Shown piece by piece: positions 1-21,070 of a stretch of DNA of 64,000 bases. The notes beneath the pieces are model-generated. The model was not told where the DNA came from. It ran no database searches and saw only the letters and a program-made list of their open reading frames with translations. The DNA is taken from contig JAWQFM010000005.1 in the NCBI GenBank assembly GCA_033442325.1, positions 890,107-954,106 of the forward strand. Direction: 5' to 3'. The position numbers and the translations under genes were made by a program. Position 1 is the stretch's first letter. The number at the start of each line of letters is the position of its first letter. This stretch comes from Salpingoeca rosetta. Taxonomy: Eukaryota > Protista > Choanoflagellata.

Positions 1-40
1 GTCGCTCGACAACTTCGTTACAGAAGCCAACAAGGTGTGA
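1..40 (+). CDS. Possible 3' end of an upstream gene (…SLDNFVTEANKV*)
   Basis: Frame 2 reads TCG CTC GAC AAC TTC GTT ACA GAA GCC AAC AAG GTG TGA with coding-like codons, followed by non-coding-looking sequence. The GT at 35 could instead be a splice donor. Too short to identify. Confidence 0.25.
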   Translation, partial: SLDNFVTEANKV

Positions 41-399
41 AACACAGCTGCTGCTGTTTCTATCGCTGCTGCTGTCGCTGCTGCTGTTGCTGTAATACCG
101 GCTCGATGACCGTCTTGCTTTCACGTTTCTCACACATATTTTGTTATCGTGTGCATGTGCTTGCATGTTCATTTTCGCGATGTGAATCAACAGTACATGG
201 GCGCGGCGACAAACAACAAGCGCGTCCTTGTCTTCAAGTGAAGAAGCAAGTTGGGCCCAAGAACAAACGACACTTTTTCCTTTGTAGTGGCATGCAACAA
301 TACTCGTCTCTCCCTTCGTCACACGGCTTTCGTCCCCTCTACTCTCTTTGTTCCTCTTAACACCGTCTCTCTCATGCACTGGCTGACTGTTATCTCAAG

Positions 400-478
<79 letters not shown>

Positions 479-488
479 GGTGTTGTTC
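400..488. repeat. (GTT)n trinucleotide microsatellite, intergenic/3' UTR
   Basis: Near-perfect GTT run seen directly. Confidence 0.9.
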
Positions 489-601
489 GTCAGTTCGCAA
501 TCGTTCATGATGACACATCACGAAGCCCCTTCATGTTCATTGTTGGAAGGTACATACATACGCCCATACACGTAAACCCACAAGTGCATGTCATGATATA
601 A

Positions 602-6175
<5,574 letters not shown>

Positions 6176-6472
6176 GATGTGTCGCTCTCATCAGCCACCA
6201 GCACAGCCTTTGTCCTGACTGCTGACGATTGGTGGGAAATATAAACAAGTTTCGTTTTCTGTGTCGTTGCAAACAAGAAGAAGAACAAGTGAAGAAGAAG
6301 AAACGACATTCGACCGACAAGAGCGAGTGAGCGAGCAACCGAGCCAAAGCAATCACCAACCCCGACCTGATATCCGCACACGTCCTTCCTCCTCTGCAGC
6401 CCTTTGTTCCCTTGTGCTACAAGTGTGGACAACGAGAACAGTGCGTGTGAGACACACGAGCACAAAGACACG
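6176..6472. promoter_or_regulatory. Candidate bidirectional promoter region between PEX1 and RPT6
   Basis: About 300 bp free of microsatellites between divergent inferred start codons. Inferred from gene geometry only. Confidence 0.4.
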
Positions 6473-10038
<3,566 letters not shown>

Positions 10039-10770
10039 TCGCCCGCAAGGCACCCACCCACATCACCAACCACCAGCCTTGTTTTGGCTCTTGTTCAAGC
10101 CTTTGGTGCTGTGCTGTGTGGCGGCACTCTCACACGCATACACGCTTGTGCGCTTGCTGTGTCGTTTGTCGTTTTGCGTCTGCAACAGTCAGCCCATCAA
10201 ATACACAACAACCAAATCACCCAATAGCTCCGTGCACGGTCAAACTGAGACAACCACCCACACCCACACCCACACCCACCCACCCACATACCCACACACA
10301 CACCAACAGACACATACCCACATCCACGTCTACGTGCGGAGAGCAAAGCTCAAGTGAGATCCTGTATCGGAGAGCGGGACAGAGTCGACGCCGAGCTGAT
10401 GTGGCCGCAAACTCCCTATAGGGTAAAACTCTAGTAGGGTACCAACCAGACAGAAGCTGTGCCAGCTAGGGACTATACCAGACATAAGATGCGCTTTACC
10501 CAAACAGTCACGTCGACGGAGCGAAGGGGGCATCGCTGGTCCGTGACGTTATCGGATATAGAAGTCAAGATAGACGTGAGAGTCTGAAGTGGGAACGGGC
10601 ATCAGTACGAGAGTGCATATGGGCTGAGTTTTGCTAGACTGGGCGACATCGTATGTAGTGCGGTAATGTACTGCTCTGTATTAGTTGATGCTGTAACGTG
10701 ATCGTAGGAAGTGTCGTTAGAGTATTATGATGATAACGATGCTTAGCGCGGCGATAGGCGTAGTCAGGCC

Positions 10771-11160
10771 NNNNNNNNNNNNNNNNNNNNNNNNNNNNNN
10801 NNNNNNNNNNNNNNNNNNNNNNNNNNNNNNNNNNNNNNNNNNNNNNNNNNNNNNNNNNNNNNNNNNNNNNNNNNNNNNNNNNNNNNNNNNNNNNNNNNNN
10901 NNNNNNNNNNNNNNNNNNNNNNNNNNNNNNNNNNNNNNNNNNNNNNNNNNNNNNNNNNNNNNNNNNNNNNNNNNNNNNNNNNNNNNNNNNNNNNNNNNNN
11001 NNNNNNNNNNNNNNNNNNNNNNNNNNNNNNNNNNNNNNNNNNNNNNNNNNNNNNNNNNNNNNNNNNNNNNNNNNNNNNNNNNNNNNNNNNNNNNNNNNNN
11101 NNNNNNNNNNNNNNNNNNNNNNNNNNNNNNNNNNNNNNNNNNNNNNNNNNNNNNNNNNNN
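10771..11160. other. Assembly gap (390 N)
   Basis: Run of N. Confidence 1.
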
Positions 11161-11167
11161 ACCACGA

Positions 11168-11236
<69 letters not shown>

Positions 11237-11300
11237 CCACACGATCCCACAATCCCACAGGATCCCACAATCACCCACCCACACGACCACATGGCGCGGC

Positions 11301-13730
11301 CTAGACCTTAAAGTCCTCAAAGATGGCAAGGCACGCCTTCTGCACCTGTGCACGGTCGCCCTTGACGCGCGTCACGCGAATGCCCGTGAGCGGCGGGTCA
11401 ACAATGCGCACAATCTCAAAGTGGAGCCGGATCTCCTGGTTGTCGCTGAGGTCGTTGCGCATGAGAACGTCCAGCCGGAACATGCGGTTCTTCACCCGCA
11501 CCTCGCCAGGCAGGCTGCTCAGGTGCGCGTAGATGGCCTGCCGCACCGTCTCCGCGTCTGCCTTGGACTTGAAGTTGATGCCAAGGTTGCTGTCCGAGAC
11601 AATGAGCGGCTGCGCGAGCGTGCGCATGCTGTTGAACCGCGCGCTGAGCCAGTTGCCTGACCGCGGCGTCATGGCGTCCACATTCGGCACCTGCAGCGTC
11701 TCGCTCATCCCGCGGCGGCGGCCACGGCGCGTGCGCGGACTCCCAGCACGCGATGCGTCTGGTGTGGAGATGGTGGACGATGCGTTGGAGAGGGCAGACC
11801 CGGGCCGCATGCGACCAGCGCCGTCCGCGCCGTCACCGGTGGCGTCGCTGTCCGCGTCGGGCTGCTCCACCTCAATCTCGGGCAGCTCGCGCGGCTGGAA
11901 CGTGCCCGCGCCCTCAATCAGGCGCAGGGGCAGGCGTTTTGTCTTGGCCAGGCACACCATCTCGTAGTCGGCGGTAACGTGGTCGTACGGGTCCGTCTCC
12001 AGGTGGCTTCGCACGCGGTCCTCGCTCACGCCGTAGTAGCGCGCAAGCACACCCACCACCTGCGGGTCCAGCTCGGCGCACTCAATCTGGGAGCTTGTGT
12101 CGAGGCGGTCTGTGGGGAGGCCGGCGACCATCCAGGGATGTGCTAGGAGCTGATCCATGGTCATGCGACGGGCAGGGTCGAGGGACAGCAGGCCGCGGAT
12201 CATGTCACGCGCGCTCGGGCTCAGGTGGGACGGCTCGGCGTACTCGCCTGATGGTGGGTGGCGGTGGCGGCAGGTGGGGGGGGGGCACATGTGGTGAGGT
12301 ACATGGGAGGAGAGTGATTGGGGGTTTGGAGAGCAAGGGGCACTTGGCGTGCATGCGTGCAAGCAAGCAAATGAAAGGAGCTGAACGATGCAATTGAAAT
12401 GCGGACCTTTTCGGATGAGGGATCCGAGGACGCGGAGGTCTGGATCATCAAAGGGGAGACAGCCGCAGAGCATGGCGTAGGCAACAATGCCGAGGGACCA
12501 CATGTCAGCAGCAGGCCCGCTGTACGACTCGCCACGGATCACCTGCGGGGGGTGGGAGGATGGGAAGGGTGGTGGGTTGTGGTGAGACAAGGAGGTGCGA
12601 GCGCGAAAGAAGGGTGTGCACGCGGCGTGCAGAGGGTGGAGAGTTTTTTTTTTTTTTTTTGGGACCTCAAATGGTGCATTCAACCTAATGAAATGACTCA
12701 CGTTCATGGCACAGACAGGACAGAGGGACGGACGGACAGACAGACAGACAGACACACAGATAGACAGACAGACAGACACACAGACAAACACCCTCCTCCC
12801 ACACACACACACCTCTGGTGCGGCGTAGTTTGCAGAGCCACAGCTTGTCTTGCACTGTTCCGTGTGCGGCATTGAGACGAGGCCAAAGTCGATGAGCTTG
12901 AGCACCTTCTTCTCGTCAAACAGCATGTTCTCTGGCTTGAGGTCGCGGTGCGCAAAGCCCTCCTGGTGCGAGTGAGCGACGGCAGAGACAATCTGCCGGA
13001 AGAGTTTGCGCGCAACCATCTCGTCGCGGATGCGGCCTTGGGCCACAATGTAGTCGAACAGCTCACCAGCAGGCAGGTGCTCCATCACTAGATACACGCG
13101 CGACCGCGACTCAAGCACTGTGCAGCGCACACGCACATGCACACAAAGGCAAGTGTGAGTGAGGGTGGGGATGGCGATGGAGGTGCGCGCTTGTGTGTGT
13201 GTGTGTGTAGAGGGAGGAGCATGTGCAATGCTACGTGTAGGCACGTGATAATGCATGCAAGTGACAAGGAAAAGGAAGCGATTGTGTGATGTGCACGCAT
13301 GGAGCAGTCAGGATACCTTGGAAGAGACGGGCGATGTTCTGGTGTTTGAGGAGCTGCAGGGCGGCAATCTCGTTTGCGGCGCGAAACAGCTCGCCCTGTC
13401 GCTGAAGCGTCTCCTTGGATATCATCTTGATCGCCACCTGCACATGTTTGTTGTGGTTGTGATGGGCGGACAACACGAGGGGGGCGTAGGTGTAGGTGGT
13501 GGTGGGGAGTGTGGTGGCTGGTAAGATATGTGTCTCGAGCGAGAGGCAGGTAAAGCGTGATCGAGTAGGAAAAACGGTCAAGCAAGCAACGCGATCACGC
13601 ACGCACACACACACACACACACAAACATCGACACATTAATACACACACACAGACATCGACACATTAATACACACACACACAGACATCGACACATTAATAC
13701 ACACACACACACACAGACATCGACACATTA

Positions 13731-13807
<77 letters not shown>

Positions 13808-14041
13808 CGCACGCACACACACCTTGATGCCGGTCATTCTGTGTCTTGCGAGCTTGACTTTTGAGAAGCCGCCATCACCAACGGTGTAGCCGACGCTGTA
13901 GTGGTCAATGAGTTCGTCCGGATACTTCCCCTTGTGCGCAGACACGTGCTTGGAGACCTTGCCGGCCTCAGAGGCGGGCTCAAAGTGCACCATCCATTCC
14001 ATCGGCGGTGGCGCCGACACGCCACGACGTCGGCTGGCCAT
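11301..14041 (-). CDS. MELK: MELK-like AMPK-related Ser/Thr kinase with UBA-like region and C-terminal KA1 domain (multi-exon)
   Basis: DELIDHYSVGYTVGDGGFSKVKLARHRMTGIK|VAIKMISKETL…EIAALQLLKHQNIARLFQ, GELFDYIVAQGR, FAHRDLKPEN, LKLIDFGL, TSCGSANYAAPE, ADMWSLG, YDHVTADY, and the KA1-like end GIRVTRVKGDRAQVQKACLAIFEDFKV. These match recalled MELK features. An upstream (5' UTR or coding) exon is possible. Confidence 0.85.
13625..13732. repeat. Intronic compound minisatellite: 4 x ACATCGACACATTAAT separated by variable (CA)n
   Basis: Four copies seen directly in a MELK intron. Confidence 0.85.
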
Positions 14042-15746
14042 GCTTGGGACCTGAGGCGGCGAAGAAGGAGGAATGGTGGAAGGGGAGAGAAGAATGAGAA
14101 TGGAGCAGGAGGAGAGGAGAGGGCGTGAGTTACAATTCTGTGTGAGCCAAGATAAGATGACTGGGAGAGGATCAGATGAACAAAAGAGAAGACAACGGAG
14201 AGATGGGAATAATGCGGTGTTGTCAATCAAGTACGGCGATGAAGCGAACAAAGGCATCTACAGACAGACAAGAGGAAGAAGTAACATCATGCAACAGCGA
14301 AAATGGACAGGGAACGAGGACAAAGGAAGAGGGGACCGACAACAGCCGCAGGTTATCAAGCGCATGACTACGAGCTAGGTTTGGTGATGAGCAATCGCAC
14401 ACGACCAGCACTCGAGCATGACACATCAGCGAGGCCAGCGAGCCGCGCGCGCAGGTCTGTGTGACACGAGCAAGCAAAAGCAGCAGGTGGCTTGAGCCTT
14501 TGGTGGGTGGTGGGTGTTGGTCGCCTCACCGTCAACTGTGCAGCCATGTGGATCGCCGGGAGGGGGGGGGGGGACGGAAGAGCAGGAGTCGCCAAAGGTG
14601 ACCGGTGACAGGTAGGCGATGACGAACGTGGAGGAGGTTCAAGCAAGTTGGATGTGTTTATGTGTGGATCGTGGTGTGAGAAAGGATGCGGCGATAAATG
14701 ACGCTCCGACTTATCAAGTACGGAGTAGGAAAATCAACAGGAGGAAGAGAGGAACGGTGGTCGTGGTGGTGGCGGTGCAGAAGTTGTTGGGTGGATGCAA
14801 CTGCACGCGTTGTGTGTGCCTGGGTGTACTCGCCCGCGCGTGTGTGTGTCTGTGCGTGCCGGCGTTCAGGGTGAACGAAGGTAAATGCGTGTATGTGTGT
14901 GTGTGTGTGTGTTCAAGTCTGGTTGATTCCAGGACAGGCAGGGGTGAATGCGATGGCTGGTCGATATCCACGCACCAAGCAGGGTGGGTAACCACAACTC
15001 TCACAAACGAGATAGAGAGGGAGAGGCAGCGTCAGAGGTGCAAGAATTTCTTCGTCCATTCAAAGTGCAAGGCACGCATGTATTCGCTGACGAACACACC
15101 ACCAACCTTCGTCGTCATGTGTCACAGCAGCAGCAGCAGCAGCAGTGGTTGCAGGGCTTATTGCCAGCTTGGGTTGCACCAACGCGCCAACACACTACCA
15201 GGTTGGGGCGATCAATGCAACTCAGTTCACTAGGACAAAGAAACAGAAGGCGCACAAATCAGCAGGAGGACAAGCGCACAAGCAAACACCTGACACACAC
15301 CCCAACACATGCACACAAACCTACGAGCAAGTCAGGCAAGCAAAAGCAAGAGCATAAGCAAGAGCGAGCAGAAGCGGGAGAAAATCAAAAAAGACAGGAC
15401 CTGGTTTGCCTCGTGCAATGCAAAGCAGGCTCACGTTTGGTTGGTTCCGTGGTTGGCGTTTGGTTGGCGTGTGGGTGTGTGGGTGGCGTTTTGCGGGTGA
15501 TGAAAGGGCGAAGGTGCGCATTCCCCTGTTGTTGAATCTTGCTTGTGTCAGCCTTGCTGGAATTTCTGCTGACTCGACATTTTTTCGATACCTTGCGACT
15601 GAAATCAGCCCACCCAGCACCCACGAGTGTCACGTGTGCAGCAAGCAGCAAGCGGAGAAGTGTGTGTGTGTGTGCGCGGCAGAGCAAGTGGCAGACGGCT
15701 GAGAGAACGATCCCACAGTTTGAGAGAGCAGCACACGCATACAAGG

Positions 15747-18571
15747 ATGGCTGGGGCAAAGAAGAAGGGCGCCGCCGGGCGGACAGGGCAGCAGAAGCGG
15801 AGCAAGCAAGAAGCAGAACAGCAAACCGAACAGCTAGAGACACAACAGAAGAAGCAACAGCAGCAGCAGCAGCAGCAGAAACAGCAGAAGCAGCAGAAGC
15901 AGCAGAAGCAACAACAGAACAAGCAGGTTGGTGGCGATGGTGCACCTGCTGCAAAGAAGGCGGCAACCACACCAGCCAAGGCCACCACAGCAAAGGGGGC
16001 CAACACCACCACCAACAACAACGACAAGAAAAAGACCAACAGCAACAATAAGAAGAAGGCCAACACAGGCAGCAAACAGAAGGAGAAGGTGACAGAGGGC
16101 AGCGCATCGACAGAAGACAAGAGTGCCGACGAAATCGTGGTAAGCATGGACGCTGACAGGCCCCTGAGCAGAAAGGAAAAGCGCAAGGCAAAGCGCCAAC
16201 AGCAGCAGCAACAGCAGCAAACCGAAGAACAGGATGTACAAGATGATGATGATGTTGATGATGGTGATGTTGCAGAGCATGGTGATGGCGACGATGACGA
16301 CGAAGATGACGATGCACATGATGGCCTCGACATGTCGGACGTCGCTCTGCACGTGAGTGCACACACGCTACTTTGAGTTTTTGCTCGTGGTGTGTGCTGT
16401 TGCGCTGTTCACTGTGCATGGGCGTGCGCGGGATACCAACATAATGCTAGATCCAACTGCTGCAGCGTGTCGACGTGCTCAACAATTGAAACCCCAGACA
16501 ACGAGCTGCTCTCCCCCTCTCCTTTCTCTCTCTCTCTCTCCTTTCTCCTCTCCTCTCTCCTTTCTCCTCTCTCCTCTCTCTTTCTCTCTCTCTCTCTGGC
16601 AATCGTTCCTGTCCCTTCTCACGGCCCCTTGATTGTGTTTGATTGTCTTGTGTTGGTGTACGTGCAGCCAAAGCTTGCGCGTCTCACGCAGCTGCAGACC
16701 AAGAAGAAGAGTCCAAGCTGGACAAACAGGCAGCGCACGCTCGTCTTCTCATCTCGTGGCATCTCGTTCCGCGTTCGCCACCTTCTCTCCGATGTACGTC
16801 AAGCGTTGTTGCGCGTGTGTTCCTTCATGCTTGGCGGGAGAGAAGATGGAATAGAAGTTTCGGGGACGTGCCTTGTCACTTGCAATGCATGTCCAATTGC
16901 TTTGTTTCGTGCCGCCAAGCTTGTGTTGCAACTCTACTCTCACACCTCAACGCACGCTCGTTTCTCTCGTTCCGTCTGTGTGTGTGTGTGTGTGTGCGTG
17001 TGTTTGTGTGTGTGCGCGCGCGCGTGTGTGTACAGCTGCGGGCTCTCCTGCCGCACTCGAAGAAAGAGGTGAAGATGGAGCGCAAGGACCGGCTGGGCGA
17101 GACCATCCCGGAGATTTGCGAGATGCGCAACTGCAACAACTGCCTCTACTTTGAGATGCGCAAGAAACGCGACGTCTACCTCTGGTACGAAAATGAACAC
17201 GTAGACACGCTGCTGCTATGCATGTGGTCGTGGATATATGTGTGCGTGTGTGCGTGTGTGTGACCGTATGTATGTGCGGAGCTGGCGAGGTGGCATGTGT
17301 TCAAGCACACGGTGTTGTTTACCACTTTTGATTCGGGCTCGTGTGCCACAACAGGGTGTCCAAGATGCCGCATGGACCATCCATCAAGTTCTACGTCACA
17401 AACAGTGCGTTACAGTTCTGTGTATGTGTGCGGATGCTTGTGTTTACGCATGTGTGCGCGCGCGTGTGTGCGCGTGTATGTTTGTGTGTGCGTGTGTGTG
17501 AGGGTGCTTGTTAGCGTGGTTGTGTGTGCGTGTGTGCGTGTGCGCGCGCGTGTGTGCGCGCGTGTGTTCTGTATGGGATTTACATGTTCAATACCATCGT
17601 GTGCTTGGCCTGCACACCTGTTCTGACTCCGCTGTGCCGTACCGTGTGCTGTTGTGCGCAGTCCACACCATGGATGAGCTTCGTCTGACGGGCAACTGCC
17701 TCAAAGGTTCGCGGCCCCTCGTCCACTTCAGCAAGGTGGGCACGCGTCCAGCACATTCGTAGTTTGTGTGTCTGTGTGCGCGTGTGTGTGTGTGTGTGTG
17801 CTTTTTGCGAGCTCGTTTGAAGGACTGCTTTGTGTGCAGTTGTTGCATGTGTCGACTGGACATCAAATTAACATTGACGCCGTGTGTTCCTGCATGCTTC
17901 CGTGTGATGCAGGAATTTGATCAGTCTCCGCACTTTCGGTTGATGAAGGAGCTTCTCTTCCAGGTTTGGTGTTGCACTCGTCTCGTGTTGATTGACATTC
18001 ACCAGCGAATACACGCCGGCACGCATGCGCTTGTGCTATGCACAATTATGGTTGCATGTGTCATTCTGCGAAACGCTGGCATTTCACCGTGACGTTCACA
18101 CACACATACATACACGCACGCATACATACACATACATACACGCACGCATACATACATACACACACACACGCATACATACATACACACACACACACACTCT
18201 CTCTCTCTCTCTGAATCCCCTCCTTCCTCCATTGTGTGCAGTCGTTTGGTGTGCCAAAGGACCACCCGAAGAGCAAGCCGTTTGTGGACCACGTTGTGTC
18301 GTTCTACGTGCTGGACGAGCGCATCTGGTTCCGCCACTACCAGGTGGTGTGGAAGCCCAAGGGCAAGCTCGGGCGCGACGAGGAGACGCGGCTGGTGGAG
18401 ATTGGGCCCCGCATGGTGCTGCAGCCCATCCGCATGTTCGAGGGCAGCTTTGGCGGGCCCACGCTGTGGAAGAACGCCGAGTACGAGCCGCCGCGTCCGC
18501 TCAAGTACAAGGGCGCAGAGGCAGTCGTCACGCACCGCAAGCCCCAGCACCAGCAGCAGCCTTCGGATTGA
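15747..18571 (+). CDS. BRIX1: Ribosome biogenesis protein BRX1 (Brix domain) with a long K/Q/D-rich N-terminal extension (multi-exon)
   Basis: WTNRQRTLVFSSRGISFRVRHLLSD|LRALLPHSKKEVKME…EICEMRNCNNCLYFEMRKKRDVYLW|…GPSIKF|VHTMDELRLTGNCLKGSRPLVHFS|…FGVPKDHPKSKPFVDHVVSFYVLDERIWFRHYQ…LVEIGPRMVLQPIRMFEGSFGGPTLWKN. Confidence 0.95.
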
Positions 18572-19134
18572 TTGATGGAAAGAGTGGTGGGCTTGATTGG
18601 TTGGTGATTGTGGTGGCTTGCTGTTGCGTCGTGTCTTTGTAGTCTTTTGTGTTGTGTCTGTTGTTTGTTGGTTGTAGTGATTTCGAATGAGTTTGCACGT
18701 TCGTGCGCGCGTGTTGTGCCAAGGCCCATCCCTGTCCCCGCAAAGGTTGTCTGGTCATGTGCGTATCTTCCTCTTCCTCTCTCTCTCTCTCTCTTTCTGA
18801 TCTGAATGACTGATTTGTATTGCTCGTCGTCTACGCACCACCAAGAAATAAGAAACGCCGGCAAGAACGCAATGCATGGACATTGAAAGCGGCGAGGGAG
18901 ACCAGCGAGCAAACAAGCAGGGGCGAGCGGCGTGTAGAGCACCACAGACGGGAACAACACACAAACATGCAAATGGCAGTTAAAACATAAGGGCTACAGT
19001 ACGGGGTCCAGGCTCAAACAAAAGCTCACAGCATAGCAACATCACAGCACGGCCAGTCCACACACTTTGCGTCTGAGCGTGTGAGTGGCGGTAGCGGTGG
19101 ACATTGACCACTACTCATCTCCGACCCACATCAC

Positions 19135-19171
<37 letters not shown>

Positions 19172-19176
19172 GTGTA

Positions 19177-19561
19177 TTAGTTGTTCGTCTCAGAGGCACG
19201 GTGCTGCTTCTGCGCCTCGTCCACCACGCGGTCAAGACTGCTCTCGACCACCTCGCCACCTGCAATGGGGGAGGGACAGCGAGAGAGAGAGGGCGGGGGG
19301 AGGGAGGGAGATGCGTTAGACGCGTTGGGCATTGCACAGCATGGGAAGGAGGCAAGGGTGGTGGCGAGGGGAGAAAACAAGTGTGTGTGTGTGCGTGTAC
19401 CTGGGGTTGGGTCGGCGACAGCGTTTGCAGTGGCGTTCCACAGGCTGTGAAATGCGTGAGACGTGATATGCGTGAGACGTGATGCGCGTCGACAACTGAA
19501 GACAAAGCGTCTGCGCGCGAAACAGGGCACACACAAAGCCGAGCAGACAGACAGACAGACA

Positions 19562-19596
<35 letters not shown>

Positions 19597-20091
19597 TCGA
19601 AAACAACTCACTATTCCGCGCGCTCGTGTGCGATGTCATCAGACGGCCTGCGCTCCTCGCTCGTGTCGTCCTCGTCGTTCTGCTGCTCGGCGCCGAGTGT
19701 GCCCGCTACCTGCTGCTTGTGCGCCTCGTCCACCACGCGGTCAAAGCTGTTCTCAACCACCTCGCCTCCTGCATCAGTGGGAGAGCATGTGCGTGTGGAC
19801 GCGGTGTGCCGTGTGAGTGTGTTTGTGTGTTTGGGGGGGGGGGGAGGGGGGTGCAGACACTCAGTATTGTGTGCGTGCATGTACATGTGACACGAGAGCC
19901 CATCCTCCAACAAACCTGGCGTGGGGTCGGCGACAGCGTTGGCAGTGGCGTTCCAGCGGCTGAAAACAATGCATGATCTGAGTGAGCAATCGTAATTGCG
20001 AAGCAGCTGAACAGAAAAGTGCTTGGGTGACCTTGATTGAGAGTGACGGTGACGACAAACGACAGCAATGGGAAATTCAGCACACAATGGC

Positions 20092-20133
<42 letters not shown>

Positions 20134-21034
20134 GTATGTGTGTGTGTGTGTGTGTGCGTGTGTGTGTGTGTGTGTGCGTGTGTGTGTGTGCGTGCGTGCG
20201 TGTGTTGCAGTTGTAGCTCACTATGATGCGCGGCGGTGTGCAATGTCGTCCTCGCCCGGTGCAGACAGCTTGCGGTCAGCAGGGCTCTCCTCTTCCTGCT
20301 CCTCATCTTCATCGTCACCATCAGGGGCCTCCTCCTCCTCCTCCTCCTCCTCCTTCTCTGGCTCGGGCGCTGGCTCGGGTTCCGGGTGCTGCAGCTGCTC
20401 GGGCTGCTTTGCTGGCTCCTCCTCGGCCTGATGAAGCGAAACATGGCAGCAATAATGGTGGTGGTGGTGGTGTCAGATCACATCATGTGTGGTGGCAGGA
20501 AAACGCCAGAAGCGCAAGAGGACAGTCTAGTAGGAGAAAGACTGGGAAAAGACACGCCCGTTCGCCCAAAAAAATAAACGAGTTGTGGCATGACATTGCT
20601 CGAGCAAAGGAGTGAGCTAGGGTGCTGTGAGCGTGACGGCGTCACACCAACAGCGCAGCCCCCTCGTATTCCTCTCCCTCCCCCTGTTGTAAGTGACCAC
20701 CAGTGCGTCAAGGGCTGTACAAGGACAAGGCCACTTTACTGCGAGGGAGGGGGAGAGGGGGGAGGGGCGCTCAAAAAGCAATGCACAGACAATCAAGGCA
20801 GGCAAGAACAGGGATGGAAATGGAGCAGGAGAGCAGGAGAAGGACAGTATCGTCGTCACAACAGCAACACAGCAATCCAGTACTCTCTCAAAGTTCATAA
20901 GCGTGCAATCAACACACAACTTATTGCTCGCTTTCAAAGCGAAACACAAATCGCAAGTGGCTCGAAGCGAGCGAGTGGATAGCGGAGTTCAAGATTGAGA
21001 AGGCTCAACACGATGCTCAGTATCTCACTTTCGC

Positions 21035-21070
<36 letters not shown>

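Noticed and set aside
10634-11353. ORFs spanning the N-run
   Set aside because: Artefacts of translating through the assembly gap.
13625-13732. CRISPR-like appearance of a repeated 16-mer with spacers
   Set aside because: The spacers are just (CA)n, the repeat is too short, the locus is a eukaryotic intron and there are no cas genes.
19611-20444. ORF MFRFIRPRR… as an independent Arg-rich protein
   Set aside because: The acidic frame (AEEEPAKQPE…) after a CAG acceptor splices in phase with the downstream exons. The ORF reads through CA-repeat introns.
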